A stretch of 64,000 bases of DNA from Nitrospirota bacterium. GTDB lineage: Bacteria; JACPQY01. The notes under the pieces are model-generated. The model was given only the letters and a program-made list of their open reading frames with translations, did not search any database and had not been told where the DNA came from. The translations under genes and the position numbers were made by a program. Shown piece by piece: positions 28,923-37,201 of this stretch. The stretch covers positions 14,560-78,559 of the forward strand of contig JACPAV010000019.1 of NCBI GenBank assembly GCA_016180645.1, given 5' to 3'. Each line of letters starts with the position of its first letter. Within the stretch, counting starts at the first letter, position 1.

Positions 28923-28988
28923 GCCGGTGCTTGGACTCCTCTCGGCGGCCAAGCATACCGTTCGACCGCTTCCCCCGCAATCGGGAAC

Positions 28989-30044
28989 TCAGCCGGAGCT
29001 CGCCGGCGGCGCGAAGCTCTTGCGGGCCACCAGGCAGATCTCTTCGCCCGCGCCGGGAAACAGGGGTCGCGCCAAGCCCTCCGCCCCCTGGACAAGCCGG
29101 CCGACGACGAGGCTTGCCATCCAAACCGCCCCGCCCTCGATTCCAAACCGGTCCCGGAACCACGCTCGCGCCGAGACCGCGGAGAAGCCCGAAGCGAGCC
29201 TGGAGGAGGTGGCCAGGGTCTCCACGCTCAATCGCGCTTTCTCGACCAGGGCCGCGAGAGCCCGCGGCGTGAAGGTCCACAGGTGTCGGGGCGGATCCAA
29301 GCCCGGCCAAAAGGGACCGAACCAGCGATGGCCGAGACCGCCACCGTTGGGAACGGCGATTCGAATCGTCCCTCCGGGGACAAGAAGAACCTCGGCCCTC
29401 CGGAAAAATTCCAGCGGATCCGTCATGTGCTCGACGGCGTGATTGGAGGTGATCACGTGGTAGGCGGCGGGACCGGCATCCAGCTCTTGCAAGTTCGCCA
29501 GAACGGAAAGCCCTCGGGCCCGGGCGATCCCGGCGGCTTCCGCGTCCGGTTCCACACCCGTCACCGCCCAGCCCAGACCGCGCATTACTTCCAAGTACCG
29601 GCCGTTCCCACAACCGACATCCAGCAGTCTCCCGCCGGGCGCAAACGGCGGGAAGAGTACGCCCAAGCGGTGGGTGGCCCTGCTTCGAAAGGACGGGACG
29701 AGAGACAGGAGTCGACCCATGGCGCGAGAGCCGGCCCACGACGAATCAGCCGGGTAGCCGAACCGCGAATGAAGAATCCAGGATCGAACCCGGTCCCGAA
29801 GCCCCCGCAGGGAGTATGACGGGGGTGGCGGCCCCGCGGAGGCGGAGTGGGTATAGAAAGCGGCGGTGTACGCGTTGGCGAGCTGCTCCGGGTCGAGTTG
29901 CGGATGCTGCCATATCAGACCGCAACGAGGGCAGGCGTGGTAGTCGGCGCGCACCGACGTGCCATACATCCGGTCCGGCAGCGCCGTGTACAGCGCCTCT
30001 CCCTTCGATCCGCACGCGATGCAGTCAGTCGCCACCGGCTCCAC
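28989..30044 (-). CDS. SAM-dependent methyltransferase with N-terminal CxxC...CxxC zinc ribbon (MT-1)
   Basis: DCIACGSKG...ACPRCGLIWQHP ribbon, then LLDVGCGNGRYL (motif I) and VITSNHAVEHMTDP. Confidence 0.8.
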   Translation of the reverse strand: MEPVATDCIACGSKGEALYTALPDRMYGTSVRADYHACPRCGLIWQHPQLDPEQLANAYTAAFYTHSASAGPPPPSYSLRGLRDRVRSWILHSRFGYPADSSWAGSRAMGRLLSLVPSFRSRATHRLGVLFPPFAPGGRLLDVGCGNGRYLEVMRGLGWAVTGVEPDAEAAGIARARGLSVLANLQELDAGPAAYHVITSNHAVEHMTDPLEFFRRAEVLLVPGGTIRIAVPNGGGLGHRWFGPFWPGLDPPRHLWTFTPRALAALVEKARLSVETLATSSRLASGFSAVSARAWFRDRFGIEGGAVWMASLVVGRLVQGAEGLARPLFPGAGEEICLVARKSFAPPASSG

Positions 30045-30053
30045 CGAGGTTCG

Positions 30054-31862
30054 TCACTTGGCCCCCTCTGCCGGCGGCACATCGTACAACACAAACCCCT
30101 GGCTCCGAGCCGCCTCGGGCAGCCGAAGCTCCCAGTCCGAATGACAGAGAATCTGACTGAAGCCGAAGGACGCGGCGAGTTCCGCCCACTGTTCGGGAGA
30201 ACGCGCCTCGAAGACCCGGCGGCCGGAATCGTCCACGAGCTGGCCGGCCCGGCTTTTCCGAATCTCCTCGGGCGGATCCAAGAGGTCGATGCCGTAGATC
30301 TCGCGCAGAATCCGCGCCGTGGCCGGCCCTGCCCGCGGTGTGTAGGGAAGCCCGTTCAGCCGGCCCCCGTCCAGCACCATGGGCCTCCGAGTATGGACTT
30401 GGATGAGGCTGATGCTCGAGCACGTGAGGATCAACCCTTGCGATCCTCGTGCCGCCGCCAGGGCGGGGTCCCGGGCGATCTCCTGGAAGGACGCGTTGTT
30501 CGGCCCGGAGGCGGCGTACGTGTCCCAACCCGCCGCGGAGACGGCCACAACGCCCAGCAGGACCAGAGAAGCTCGCGCTCCAAGAGACACCCATCGGTGC
30601 GCCCCCTCCCCCCACGCCCTTTCAGCTCGGTCCGCCGCCACGGAGAGCCGCGCGGGCCGGGTTGCGCCGAACCTGACGAGTCCGTACAGCCCCGCCGACA
30701 AGGCGGCGGTCAGCATGAAATACGCCGGACGGAGCCGGAGGAGGACGAACAAGATGAACGTGGCGCAGATGGCTTGCGAGCGCCAATCCTTCCGGTCGCC
30801 GCCGGCCAATCCCAGCACGAGCAAGGGACAGGCCAGCGTCCCCAGGTTCAAGAACCGTGACGGGATGGTCGTGACCACCAGCCGCACGAACCGATTCTCA
30901 GGCGGGAGCCAGTAGAATGCGGAGAGCATCGCGGCGAGGACGCCGCTGACCGCGAGGAAACGCAGGAAGAAGCGCGTGGGCTGCGCGCCCCCCCCCCGGG
31001 GCCGATGGATGGCCAGGAGGCTGAGGACGACCGCCATCCCCACCGCAGGGGTGACATTTGAAAGCGGGGGGAAGCGCCGCCGGTGGTTGTCCCAATGCAG
31101 GATGAAAGCGCCGGCGTAGTCGGCCGGGTCGGCCGGGATAACAACCGCCGCGGGCCCCGCGTGCCGGTAGAGATGGAGGAGGAGACTGGCCACCGATACG
31201 GCCAGTCCGGCCCCCCCCCACAGGAGGGCTTTTCGTTGGATGCCTGGGATAAGGGAACGGTCCCAGACCAGGCTCGCGGCCAGGCTCAAAACGAGAAACG
31301 CGCCGTGGGTCGGATGGATGGAAAGGAGAAGCCCCGCGAGAAAGGCGCCCGCTCCCCACCGTCCCATCCCCATGAGGCCTGCCGCGGCAAACGTGAGCAT
31401 GAGCCCGATCAAGCCGTAGCCGCCGGGGCCTCCGAAAAGCCAGATGTGATAGGTGAACGCGTTGAAATCGGGGCCGGCCAGGTGAAGAATGAACGGCGCC
31501 GCCAGGGCCATCAGGGGCGGAGCCTCCAGGGCGAGGACCGTGATGGTGATGGAGGAATAGACGGTGGCGCCGATGAATCCGCTCAATATCCTGGAAAGGA
31601 GCTTCTCGCCGGCGCCGAGCCTCAGCCCCAATTCCGCCGCTTGGGTCACGATCGTCCACGCTTCGCCTTGGATGATCCCCGTGGGGTCGGAAGGCCCGTA
31701 TCGCACGAGACCTGCGGCGCCCTGCGCGTCTTCCACCGCATACTGCCAACCGGGGTATCCCCAACCTCCAATCACCCATCCGATCAGGGCGGACGCCAGG
31801 ATCCAGCGCGCGCGTCGAGGACGATGAGGAGTGGACATCATGTGGCGCATTCTGTCTACCAC
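30054..31862 (-). CDS. Large polytopic membrane protein of unknown function with a C-terminal soluble domain
   Basis: 602-aa ORF. More than 10 hydrophobic segments are visible in the first ~430 residues, then a ~170-aa non-hydrophobic tail. First gene of the minus-strand GT/MT/wzx operon. No family recognised. Confidence 0.6.
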   Translation of the reverse strand: MVDRMRHMMSTPHRPRRARWILASALIGWVIGGWGYPGWQYAVEDAQGAAGLVRYGPSDPTGIIQGEAWTIVTQAAELGLRLGAGEKLLSRILSGFIGATVYSSITITVLALEAPPLMALAAPFILHLAGPDFNAFTYHIWLFGGPGGYGLIGLMLTFAAAGLMGMGRWGAGAFLAGLLLSIHPTHGAFLVLSLAASLVWDRSLIPGIQRKALLWGGAGLAVSVASLLLHLYRHAGPAAVVIPADPADYAGAFILHWDNHRRRFPPLSNVTPAVGMAVVLSLLAIHRPRGGGAQPTRFFLRFLAVSGVLAAMLSAFYWLPPENRFVRLVVTTIPSRFLNLGTLACPLLVLGLAGGDRKDWRSQAICATFILFVLLRLRPAYFMLTAALSAGLYGLVRFGATRPARLSVAADRAERAWGEGAHRWVSLGARASLVLLGVVAVSAAGWDTYAASGPNNASFQEIARDPALAAARGSQGLILTCSSISLIQVHTRRPMVLDGGRLNGLPYTPRAGPATARILREIYGIDLLDPPEEIRKSRAGQLVDDSGRRVFEARSPEQWAELAASFGFSQILCHSDWELRLPEAARSQGFVLYDVPPAEGAK

Positions 31863-31989
31863 CCGCCTGTTCGGCGCGTCAATTCCCGCCGTTGTTCTTG
31901 ACCGGATGCGCGCTCTTGGGCAAGATCAGCTTCGCCATGAGCAGGATGAGAGGCCCTTCAGCGACGGTGAGAGTGCGTCCCCATACAAG

Positions 31990-34047
31990 ATGAGTCAGCC
32001 CTGGGTCTCGGTGGCCATCCCCTCATGGAATGGTCGCGCCCTTCTGGAGTCCAACCTGCCCGCGGTGCTGGAAGGATGCGCAACCTTGAGCGCGGGCTGC
32101 GAGGTTCTCGTGGGAGACGACGGCGGCGCGGATGGAACCCGCGAGTGGCTCCAACACGCTTTCCCGAGCGTCGGATGCCTGCGATCCGATTCCCATCGGG
32201 GTTTCTCGGCCACGTGCAACATGCTGGCCCGGGCGGCCCGAGGCCGACTGCTTTATCTCCTGAACAACGACGCGCGCCCCGAAGCCCGCTGGCTTCAACC
32301 CTTGCTCCCCTATTTCGACGACGAGCGCGTTTTTGCCGTGGGCGGGATGGAGATCCCGTCCTCCCCGAAGGCCACGCTCAGCTACCCCCGCATGTGGTCT
32401 CGGCTGGGAATCCATTACTCGCGCTACGACGAGGCGCCCTTTCCCATGCGGGGCGGCTTCCCGATCTGTTTCGTCTCCGCCGGCCACTCGTGTTTTCGTC
32501 GATCCATGTTCCTCGACCTCGGCGGCTTCGACGAACGTTTCAGCCCGTTCTACTTCGAAGACCATGACCTCTGCATGCGGGCGCGGGGAAGAGGGTGGAA
32601 AATACTGATGGACCCGGCCAGCCGCGTGTTCCATGCGCACCAGGGCACGATCGGTACAAACTACCCCTCCGCCGTGGTCAAGGCGATCCACTGGAAGAAC
32701 CGCTTCGTCCTTTCGCGTCTGCGATACTCCGGCGCATGGCCGGCGTTTTTGCGCGCGGTGGGCATACCGATCTTCCTGGCGCAGTCGATTTTTCGGTGGC
32801 GGTGGGAGGCCGTTCGAGGGTATGCCCAGTCGCGGCAGGTTTCGATCCCTCCCGATCGCGCCCCCACGCCGGAACGCCGCCCGCGTTCCGCAAAACGCAT
32901 GCCCCGGTGGCCCGGCCCCCCGCCCTTGCGCGCGCTCGCCGTTCATCAGTCCGCCATCATCGGGGGGGCGGAACATAGCATCGAACTGTGGGTCACCCAC
33001 GCCCCGGATTGGTTGAGGTTTACCGTGGTGCTCGGCGATGAGGGACCCCTCGCGGAGCGTCTTCGACGCGCCGGCGTGGCCGTGGAGATTCTCCCCTTTC
33101 CTCCCCTTCGAAGCGCGCAAGGACTCCGCATCCTCGGATGCGTCGGACGCCTCGCCCAACTGGCCCGGCGCGAGCGGGCCGTGCTCATCCATTCCAACAC
33201 CCCCCGCACCAACCTCATCGCCGCTCCGGCCGCCCGTCTCGCCGGAGTCCCCGTCATCTGGCATGCCCGAAATCTCATCTACGGCCAAATGCGGGACACC
33301 GACCGCCTTTTCTCGCGCCTGCCCCATCGCATCCTCGCCATTTCAAAAGCCGTCGAGAGTCGTTTCCATCGGAACGGGACATGCCCCCCCCACGTGGAAA
33401 CGGTGGTCCACGGCGTCGACACCGCCCGGTTCTCACCCGACGTGTCGCCCGCGGTCTTCCGCCTGGAGCATGGCCTGCGCGAAAACGATCTTGCCGTGGG
33501 ACTGGTGGGCCGTATCGGCGTCGGGAAGGGCCACGATCTTTTCCTCCAATCGATCCGGCGGTTCCTCGATCGCGGCGGCCGGGGCCGTTTCTTCATCGTC
33601 GGGGGAGCCCAAACGGAGGCCGAGGAGACGATTGAACGCCGGGCCCGCCAACTGAGCCGTACACTCCAAGTCGATCCTGCGGTCACCTTCACGGGCTTTC
33701 GAGAGGACATGCCGGCCGTCATGGCGGGGTTGGACGTGGTCGCCCTCTGCACGGAGGCCGAACCCCTGGGCCGGGTGGTTCTGGAGGCGATGGCCTCGGG
33801 GCGGCCCGTCGTGGCCTCCCGCTCGGGAGGCGTGACGGAGCTGGTCGAACCGGGCGTGACCGGCCTGATGTTCGACCCGGGCAGCCCCGATGCGCTTGCG
33901 GAAGCCCTGCTCCAATTGGCCGCCGGCCCGGAGCTGCGCGCCCGATTCGGCCGGGCCGCCAGGGAAAGAGCCGTCAGCCGCTTCTCCCTTGATCGGCACG
34001 TGTCCCGCATGGCCCAGATCTACTGGGAAACGATCACTTCCCCCTAG
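31990..34047 (+). CDS. Bifunctional glycosyltransferase (N-terminal GT2 fused to C-terminal GT4/GT1-type domain)
   Basis: GT2 part: VSVAIPSWNGRALL...EVLVGDDGGADGT...LLNNDA...FYFEDHDLCMRARGRGWKI. GT4 part: GGAEHSI...HSNTPR...FVGRIGVGKGHD...EPLGRVVLEAMASGRPVVASRSGG (E-x7-E region). Start trimmed to ATG 31990. Confidence 0.8.
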   Translation: MSQPWVSVAIPSWNGRALLESNLPAVLEGCATLSAGCEVLVGDDGGADGTREWLQHAFPSVGCLRSDSHRGFSATCNMLARAARGRLLYLLNNDARPEARWLQPLLPYFDDERVFAVGGMEIPSSPKATLSYPRMWSRLGIHYSRYDEAPFPMRGGFPICFVSAGHSCFRRSMFLDLGGFDERFSPFYFEDHDLCMRARGRGWKILMDPASRVFHAHQGTIGTNYPSAVVKAIHWKNRFVLSRLRYSGAWPAFLRAVGIPIFLAQSIFRWRWEAVRGYAQSRQVSIPPDRAPTPERRPRSAKRMPRWPGPPPLRALAVHQSAIIGGAEHSIELWVTHAPDWLRFTVVLGDEGPLAERLRRAGVAVEILPFPPLRSAQGLRILGCVGRLAQLARRERAVLIHSNTPRTNLIAAPAARLAGVPVIWHARNLIYGQMRDTDRLFSRLPHRILAISKAVESRFHRNGTCPPHVETVVHGVDTARFSPDVSPAVFRLEHGLRENDLAVGLVGRIGVGKGHDLFLQSIRRFLDRGGRGRFFIVGGAQTEAEETIERRARQLSRTLQVDPAVTFTGFREDMPAVMAGLDVVALCTEAEPLGRVVLEAMASGRPVVASRSGGVTELVEPGVTGLMFDPGSPDALAEALLQLAAGPELRARFGRAARERAVSRFSLDRHVSRMAQIYWETITSP

Positions 34048-34100
34048 TACCGCTTCCCTCTCGCGGGGGGGGGGCACCCAACGGGTGGAAGGCTTCGTAG

Positions 34101-34126
34101 CGTCCGGCTTCATGCCGGACGTTTTT
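34101..34126 (+). terminator. Rho-independent terminator downstream of the GT2-GT4 fusion gene
   Basis: Stem CGTCCGGC (34101-08), loop TTCAT, stem GCCGGACG (34114-21), then TTTTT (34122-26). It lies 54 nt after the stop at 34047. Confidence 0.6.
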
Positions 34127-34220
34127 CGCCCGATGTACCTGCCGCAGGAAGCGGCGGTACCACGCAATGTTGCCCTGCCAGGAAGGCAGGGCGATCGACC
34201 GTGGTAAAATCGGGCGCTAC

Positions 34221-34318
34221 TTTTGCCATTTTGTGAAAGGTTTATGTTGGTCCTTATGCGTTGGGGAGGGTCTTCAGACCCTCCTGACAAGAGGGAGCAT
34301 CTGAAGATGCTCCCCTAC
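34221..34318 (-). repeat. Inverted (reverse-complement) copy of the 98-nt composite repeat
   Basis: The reverse complement aligns end to end with 23953-24050. I count about 8 mismatches by eye. It has the same two hairpins and the same AT-rich tail. Confidence 0.88.
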
Positions 34319-34349
34319 GAGGAGCCCGAACACGGGAGGTTAGCAAGTC

Positions 34350-34406
34350 GTAGGGGCGGATCTTTAGATCCGCCCGTATTGGGAGCATCTGAAGATGCTC
34401 CCCTAC
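34350..34406. repeat. REP-like double-hairpin element (tail-less relative of the 98-nt unit)
   Basis: GTAGGGGCGGATC-TTTA-GATCCGCCC-GTATT-GGGAGCATC-TGAA-GATGCTCCC-CTAC. Confidence 0.75.
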
Positions 34407-34496
34407 GAATCGCTTGAGCGGTGTCTGAAGAAACCTTCCCATCCGAGCGAGATTCTGAGCATGGAAAAATAGCAGTAGTCGAGCTAAGATGGCCCC

Positions 34497-34743
34497 ATGA
34501 ACGATCTTGTCGCAATCCTCACTGCGCGATACGGGAACGACGGCCGCGTTCTTGCCGTCTACCTCTACTGGGAGCGGCTTGCCCGTCGCGTCGCCGTTCG
34601 CCGCGTCACTCCCTCCATGGGTTGATCGACCGCTTCTGACAAGGAAAACAGCGCTGACCCTTTTTCTCGAAAACGCCGCCGGATTCCGGAACATCCTCGT
34701 CCACGGAAGTGACCCCATGTCCGTGTACTCGGAACGGCCGTGA
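34497..34743 (+). pseudogene. Decayed MNT/HEPN (nucleotidyltransferase antitoxin / DUF86 toxin) remnants
   Basis: The frame from ATG 34497 gives MNDLVAILTARYGNDGRVLAVYLYWERLARR..., which resembles the N-terminus of minimal nucleotidyltransferases (usual ...AVYLFGSRARG) but lacks the GS and DxD motifs. A different frame ending at 34743 gives ...AGFRNILVHGSDPMSVYSERP*, carrying the HEPN R-x4-H motif (RNILVH). Both pieces are far too short to be functional. Confidence 0.35.
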
Positions 34744-35747
34744 AGGAATCGCTGCGCCTGATGGACGTCGCCTGCGACTTGTGCGGGGGGGATCGATCGC
34801 GTCCGATTCTGAAGGTCCGGGAGTTCATTCTGGGCAGCGGAAGCTCCTTCTCGGTTGCGCGCTGCGCCGGATGCGGTCATGTCTTCACGAATCCCCGCCC
34901 CCGCGACAAGGATCTGGCCCGATTCTATCCGCCTTCCTACTGGACGGCCGCCGTCGGGCGGCGTGATCTCGAAACGTTCAAGATCGGAGGTGAACGTTGG
35001 AGATCGGTCATGGCACGAAGGTCAGCCTTTCTCTTGAGCCGTGTGGCTCGCGGGCGCCTTCTCGAGATCGGGAGCGGCGACGGCCTGTTCCTCATGTTCA
35101 TGAGAGAGAAAGGCTGGGAGGTGGAAGGGATCGAGCCGGGAAAGGAAGCCTGGAGGTTTGCGACGAAGTCTCTGGGCCTCAACATCCGGAACCGGCCCAT
35201 CGATCGCGTGGACTTGGAGTCCGAGGCGTACGATGCGGTCTGGATTCATCACGCGCTTGAACACCTGCCGAGCCCCACCCATGTGATCTCCCTGGCGGTG
35301 AAATCCCTCCGCCGCGGGGGACTCCTGGGAATCACCGTGCCGAATTTCGACAGTTTCGATCGAAGGGTCTTCGGCCCCGGCTGGATCGGCCTGGATGTGC
35401 CTGTTCACCTCCACCACTTCACGCCCAGGACTTTGGAGGGATTATTGGATCGCGCCGGCCTTGCGATCGAAGAACGGCGTTTTGTGTCCAACGATCATCG
35501 CTGGCCCATGTTCTACTCCGATTCACTGAGGCGGCGTCTCGCCTACTGGGGGCTTTACCACCCGGAGCCAAAAACCGGCGCCGGGGACATCACGGGCGAA
35601 GATCGAACGGACATGTTCGATTCAGGGGGCGCCTTGAGGCGATGGGCCCATCACGCGGAGTATGGCCTTTTTCGGGGTGTCGGCGCCGTGATGGATCGGA
35701 TCGGCTGCGGTTCAAGTTTGGCCGTCCTCGCCAGGAAAACCGGCTGA
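34740..35747 (+). CDS. SAM-dependent methyltransferase with N-terminal zinc ribbon (MT-2)
   Basis: ACDLCGGDR...RCAGCGHVFTNPRP ribbon, LLEIGSGDGLFL motif I, VWIHHALEHLPSP. GTG 34740 or ATG 34761 start. Confidence 0.8.
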   Translation: MKESLRLMDVACDLCGGDRSRPILKVREFILGSGSSFSVARCAGCGHVFTNPRPRDKDLARFYPPSYWTAAVGRRDLETFKIGGERWRSVMARRSAFLLSRVARGRLLEIGSGDGLFLMFMREKGWEVEGIEPGKEAWRFATKSLGLNIRNRPIDRVDLESEAYDAVWIHHALEHLPSPTHVISLAVKSLRRGGLLGITVPNFDSFDRRVFGPGWIGLDVPVHLHHFTPRTLEGLLDRAGLAIEERRFVSNDHRWPMFYSDSLRRRLAYWGLYHPEPKTGAGDITGEDRTDMFDSGGALRRWAHHAEYGLFRGVGAVMDRIGCGSSLAVLARKTG

Positions 35748-35822
35748 AGGCGCTTCGATTCACCCCCGCTCCCCGAACGCAATGGACTTCAAGAAGGGGC
35801 TGGGGTAGCATGACCCCTAGCC

Positions 35823-36533
35823 ATGTTTGAGGGCCAATCGCTCAGCGTCGTCCTGCCGGCCTTCAACGAAGTGCAGAACATTCGAACCTCCATCGAACAT
35901 TTCCTCGCGCACCCTGCCGTCGATGAGGTCATCGCCGTCGACAACCGTTCCACCGACGGCACCAAGGAGGCTATTCTGGCCACGCGCGCCAAGTACGTGT
36001 TCGAAGCCCGGCAGGGTTTCGGCGCGGCGCTGATGAAAGGGCTGGAGGAATCCACCGGGGACCTCATCGTTCAGTCGGAACCCGACGGAACTTTCGCCGC
36101 GGGGGATCTGGACAAGCTCCTCCTCTACCAACGGGAGTTCGACGTCGTTTTCGGCACGCGGACATCCAAGTCGTGCATCTGGAGCGGCGCCCACATGCCG
36201 TGGCTCTTGCGCACGGGCAACTGGATCGTGGCCAAGCTGTTGCAATTCCTCCACAACGGTCCGAGCCTGACGGATGTGGGCTGCACGTACAGACTCCTCA
36301 AGCGGCCCGTCTACCGGGAGATCAGACCCCATCTGCGCGTTCAGGGGTCCCATTTCAACGTGGACATGATGATCCTGGCCATTCGGATGAAGGCCAAGTG
36401 CGTGGAAATTCCCGTTCACTACGGGCCCCGCATCGGCGAATCCAAGATCACGGGAGATAACCTTCGGGCGCTGGCCGTAGGTCTCCGCATGATTCTTCTG
36501 ATCCTCCGATACCGGCTTCGGTCCTTTCGATGA
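35823..36533 (+). CDS. GT2 polyprenyl-phosphate glycosyltransferase (DPM1/ArnC/GtrB-like)
   Basis: LSVVLPAFNEVQNI...EVIAVDNRSTDGT...GFGAALMKG...SEPDGTF...FGTR, with the short (236 aa) size of the Dpm1-like family. Confidence 0.82.
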   Translation: MFEGQSLSVVLPAFNEVQNIRTSIEHFLAHPAVDEVIAVDNRSTDGTKEAILATRAKYVFEARQGFGAALMKGLEESTGDLIVQSEPDGTFAAGDLDKLLLYQREFDVVFGTRTSKSCIWSGAHMPWLLRTGNWIVAKLLQFLHNGPSLTDVGCTYRLLKRPVYREIRPHLRVQGSHFNVDMMILAIRMKAKCVEIPVHYGPRIGESKITGDNLRALAVGLRMILLILRYRLRSFR

Positions 36534-37177
36534 CCTCTTCACCGGGCTATTTTCAAGCCCATCTCAGACCTTCCAAATCTCGATCGAAATCCTGGCCGGC
36601 CATCGTGGCCTATCTCGCCCGGTGGGTGCCCCCCTCCGCGCGTGTCCTTGAAGTGGGCGCCGGCTACTGCGAATTCATCAACCGAATTCCGGCCCGGAAA
36701 CGTTGCGCCCTCGACATATCGGACGAGGTTCGACGGCACGCCGGGCCCGGAGTCGACGTCGTGGTGGCGGACCTCTCCCGATGCCAGGCGTTCGAACCGG
36801 CAGGTTTCGAGGCGATCTTCGCGAGCAATCTTTTCGAACATCTCGATCCCGAAGCCGTGGAACGGGCCCTCCGGTGGACCCTCGACCGGCTGGCGCCGGG
36901 CGGGCGCCTGATCTGCATGCAGCCGAATTTCCGCTACGCATACCGGTTCTACTTCGACGACTACACCCATCGGTCGGTCTACTCCCACGTCAGCTTCCCG
37001 GCGCTCCTGAGAGCCGCCGGATTCGGCATCGTTCACCTCGAGAAACGGTTCCTTCCCTATTCGCATGAATGCGTCCCCCTGGCCGTCCCGCGGTTCCTCG
37101 TCTCGCTTTACCTGCGGTCTCCCTGGCGTCCCTTTGCCCACCAGATGCTCGTCATCGCGGAAAAACCGGGGGCCTGA
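36530..37177 (+). CDS. Class I SAM-dependent methyltransferase (no zinc ribbon; MT-5)
   Basis: VLEVGAGYCEFI motif I, DISDE, IFASNLFEHLDPE, LAPGGRLI. ATGA overlap with the upstream GT2. Confidence 0.75.
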   Translation: MTSSPGYFQAHLRPSKSRSKSWPAIVAYLARWVPPSARVLEVGAGYCEFINRIPARKRCALDISDEVRRHAGPGVDVVVADLSRCQAFEPAGFEAIFASNLFEHLDPEAVERALRWTLDRLAPGGRLICMQPNFRYAYRFYFDDYTHRSVYSHVSFPALLRAAGFGIVHLEKRFLPYSHECVPLAVPRFLVSLYLRSPWRPFAHQMLVIAEKPGA

Positions 37178-37201
37178 GCGCCCCGCGGCTGGCGCGCGCC
37201 G

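Noticed and set aside
27903-29819. 638-aa plus-strand ORF
   Set aside because: It is antisense to the CgeB-like GT and MT-1, both of which have clear family motifs. Its composition is R/P/G-rich.
32023-33327. 434-aa minus-strand ORF, plus the many nested ORFs in 32.0-34.3 kb
   Set aside because: They are antisense or off-frame shadows of the GT2-GT4 fusion gene.
24148-34220. Calling the repeat-bracketed 10-kb block a composite transposon or other mobile element
   Set aside because: No transposase, integrase or recombinase ORF is present, and I saw no target-site duplication. It is kept only as a hypothesis about inversion or exchange.
34254-34880. 208-aa minus-strand ORF across the repeat and TA-remnant junction
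   Set aside because: It reads through the REP-like hairpins and the start of MT-2 in antisense. No motifs.
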